Shown here: one piece after another, positions 63,700-64,000 of the stretch | Layout of the letters: every line of letters starts with the position of its first letter | Position numbering within the stretch: the first letter of the stretch is position 1 | Assembly (NCBI GenBank): GCA_002269645.1 | Contig: NIVC01002814.1 | Span: 74,441 to 138,440, forward strand | DNA from: Macrostomum lignano | Lineage: Eukaryota | Direction: 5' to 3' | DNA: 64,000 bases | Notes under the pieces: generated by a model | Seen by the model: the letters and a program-made list of their open reading frames with translations, nothing else | Database searches by the model: none | What the model was told of the DNA's origin: nothing | Made by a program: the position numbers and the translations under genes

Positions 63700-64000
63700 A
63701 GCCCCATTTTGATTATCCCAAATCCCATATCAGAGTCCCTATTTCCCATTTTAATGTCCCTAAATCCTTTTTATGTCCCTTAATCACATTTTAATGTCCC
63801 TAAATCCCATTTTAATGTCCCTAAATCCCATTTTAATGTCCCTAAATCCCATTTTAATGTCCCTAAATCCCATTTTAATGTCCTTAAATCCCATTTTAAT
63901 GTCCCTAAATCCCATTTTAATGTCGCTGAATCACATTTTAATGTCCCTAAATCCCATTTTAATGTCCCTTAATCCCATCATGATGTCCCTAAATCCCAAT
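63700..64000. repeat. 21-bp minisatellite running off the window end
   Basis: CCCTAAATCCCATTTTAATGT. Confidence 0.93.

Overview
Eukaryotic (invertebrate) genomic DNA with GT-AG introns, polyQ/polyA tracts and about 30% of the window (my rough sum) in locus-specific minisatellites. The pattern resembles a free-living flatworm such as Macrostomum (inference). Recognisable genes: a 4-exon SERINC (+), a 2-exon FAM78-family gene (+), a 2-exon anion-selective Cys-loop receptor of GluCl type (-, 9.2-kb intron), MRNIP (-) and a 2-exon two-repeat beta-thymosin (-). Two orphan Q/P-rich ORFs are also present. Between about 15.8 and 30.8 kb lies a diverged tandem triplication. Each unit ends in a paralog of an unrecognised ~140-aa protein; two copies differ by 8 synonymous versus 2 nonsynonymous changes over 118 codons, so it is probably a real, selected, uncharacterised family. 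Mobile DNA includes a 5'-truncated RNase H-containing LINE, two RTE-like RT fragments, two Tc1 fragments, a CORE-SINE and hAT-like MITEs with 8-bp TSDs, one of which has its empty site visible in the paralogous unit. There is also a foldback element with a minimal palindromic derivative. No prokaryotic features, rRNA, bona fide tRNA or CRISPR arrays were found.
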